From positions 320,001-384,000 of the forward strand of contig CAVTRN010000002.1 of assembly GCA_963737155.1 (NCBI GenBank): a stretch of DNA of 64,000 nt, written 5' to 3'. The position numbers and the translations under genes are program-made. The notes below the pieces were generated by a model. It was not told the origin of the DNA and ran no database searches. It saw nothing but the letters and a program-made list of their open reading frames with translations. The stretch is from Nitrospirota bacterium (GTDB taxonomy: Bacteria; Nitrospirota; UBA9217). Shown one piece after another: positions 64,000 through 64,000 of the stretch; within the stretch, counting starts at the first letter, position 1; every line of letters begins with the position of its first letter.

Positions 64000-64000
64000 A

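Overview
A patchy accessory region from what is probably an anaerobic or microaerophilic Gram-negative bacterium. The Geobacter-like pilin, heme-c sensors and hgcAB are compatible with Nitrospirota or Desulfobacterota; this taxonomy is inference only. Intact content: a mercury-methylation cluster (hgcC-like AbrB gene, hgcA, hgcB), pgi, a NitT/TauT ABC importer, an MlaE/F/D-PqiC system, an IorAB-type molybdoenzyme, a type IV pilin with a sigma54 promoter, heme-c (CxxCH) kinase and chemoreceptor genes, and a CheR plus double-CHASE3 kinase. Many pseudogenes and IS remnants are interspersed (IS481, IS110, ISL3, IS256, a resolvase). Three observations stand out. (1) A Tat-exported protein is split by an in-frame TGA (6766-6764) followed by a hairpin that fits the bacterial SECIS consensus, making it a candidate unannotated selenoprotein. 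(2) A transposase-less TnpB-like element (18658-20538) sits in a dead HU gene, so its predicted guide is HU sequence matching the intact HU paralogue at 4678. (3) A 130-bp miniature derivative of that element (7258-7387) carries the same RNA-scaffold end with a different guide. No rRNA, tRNA or CRISPR array was seen.
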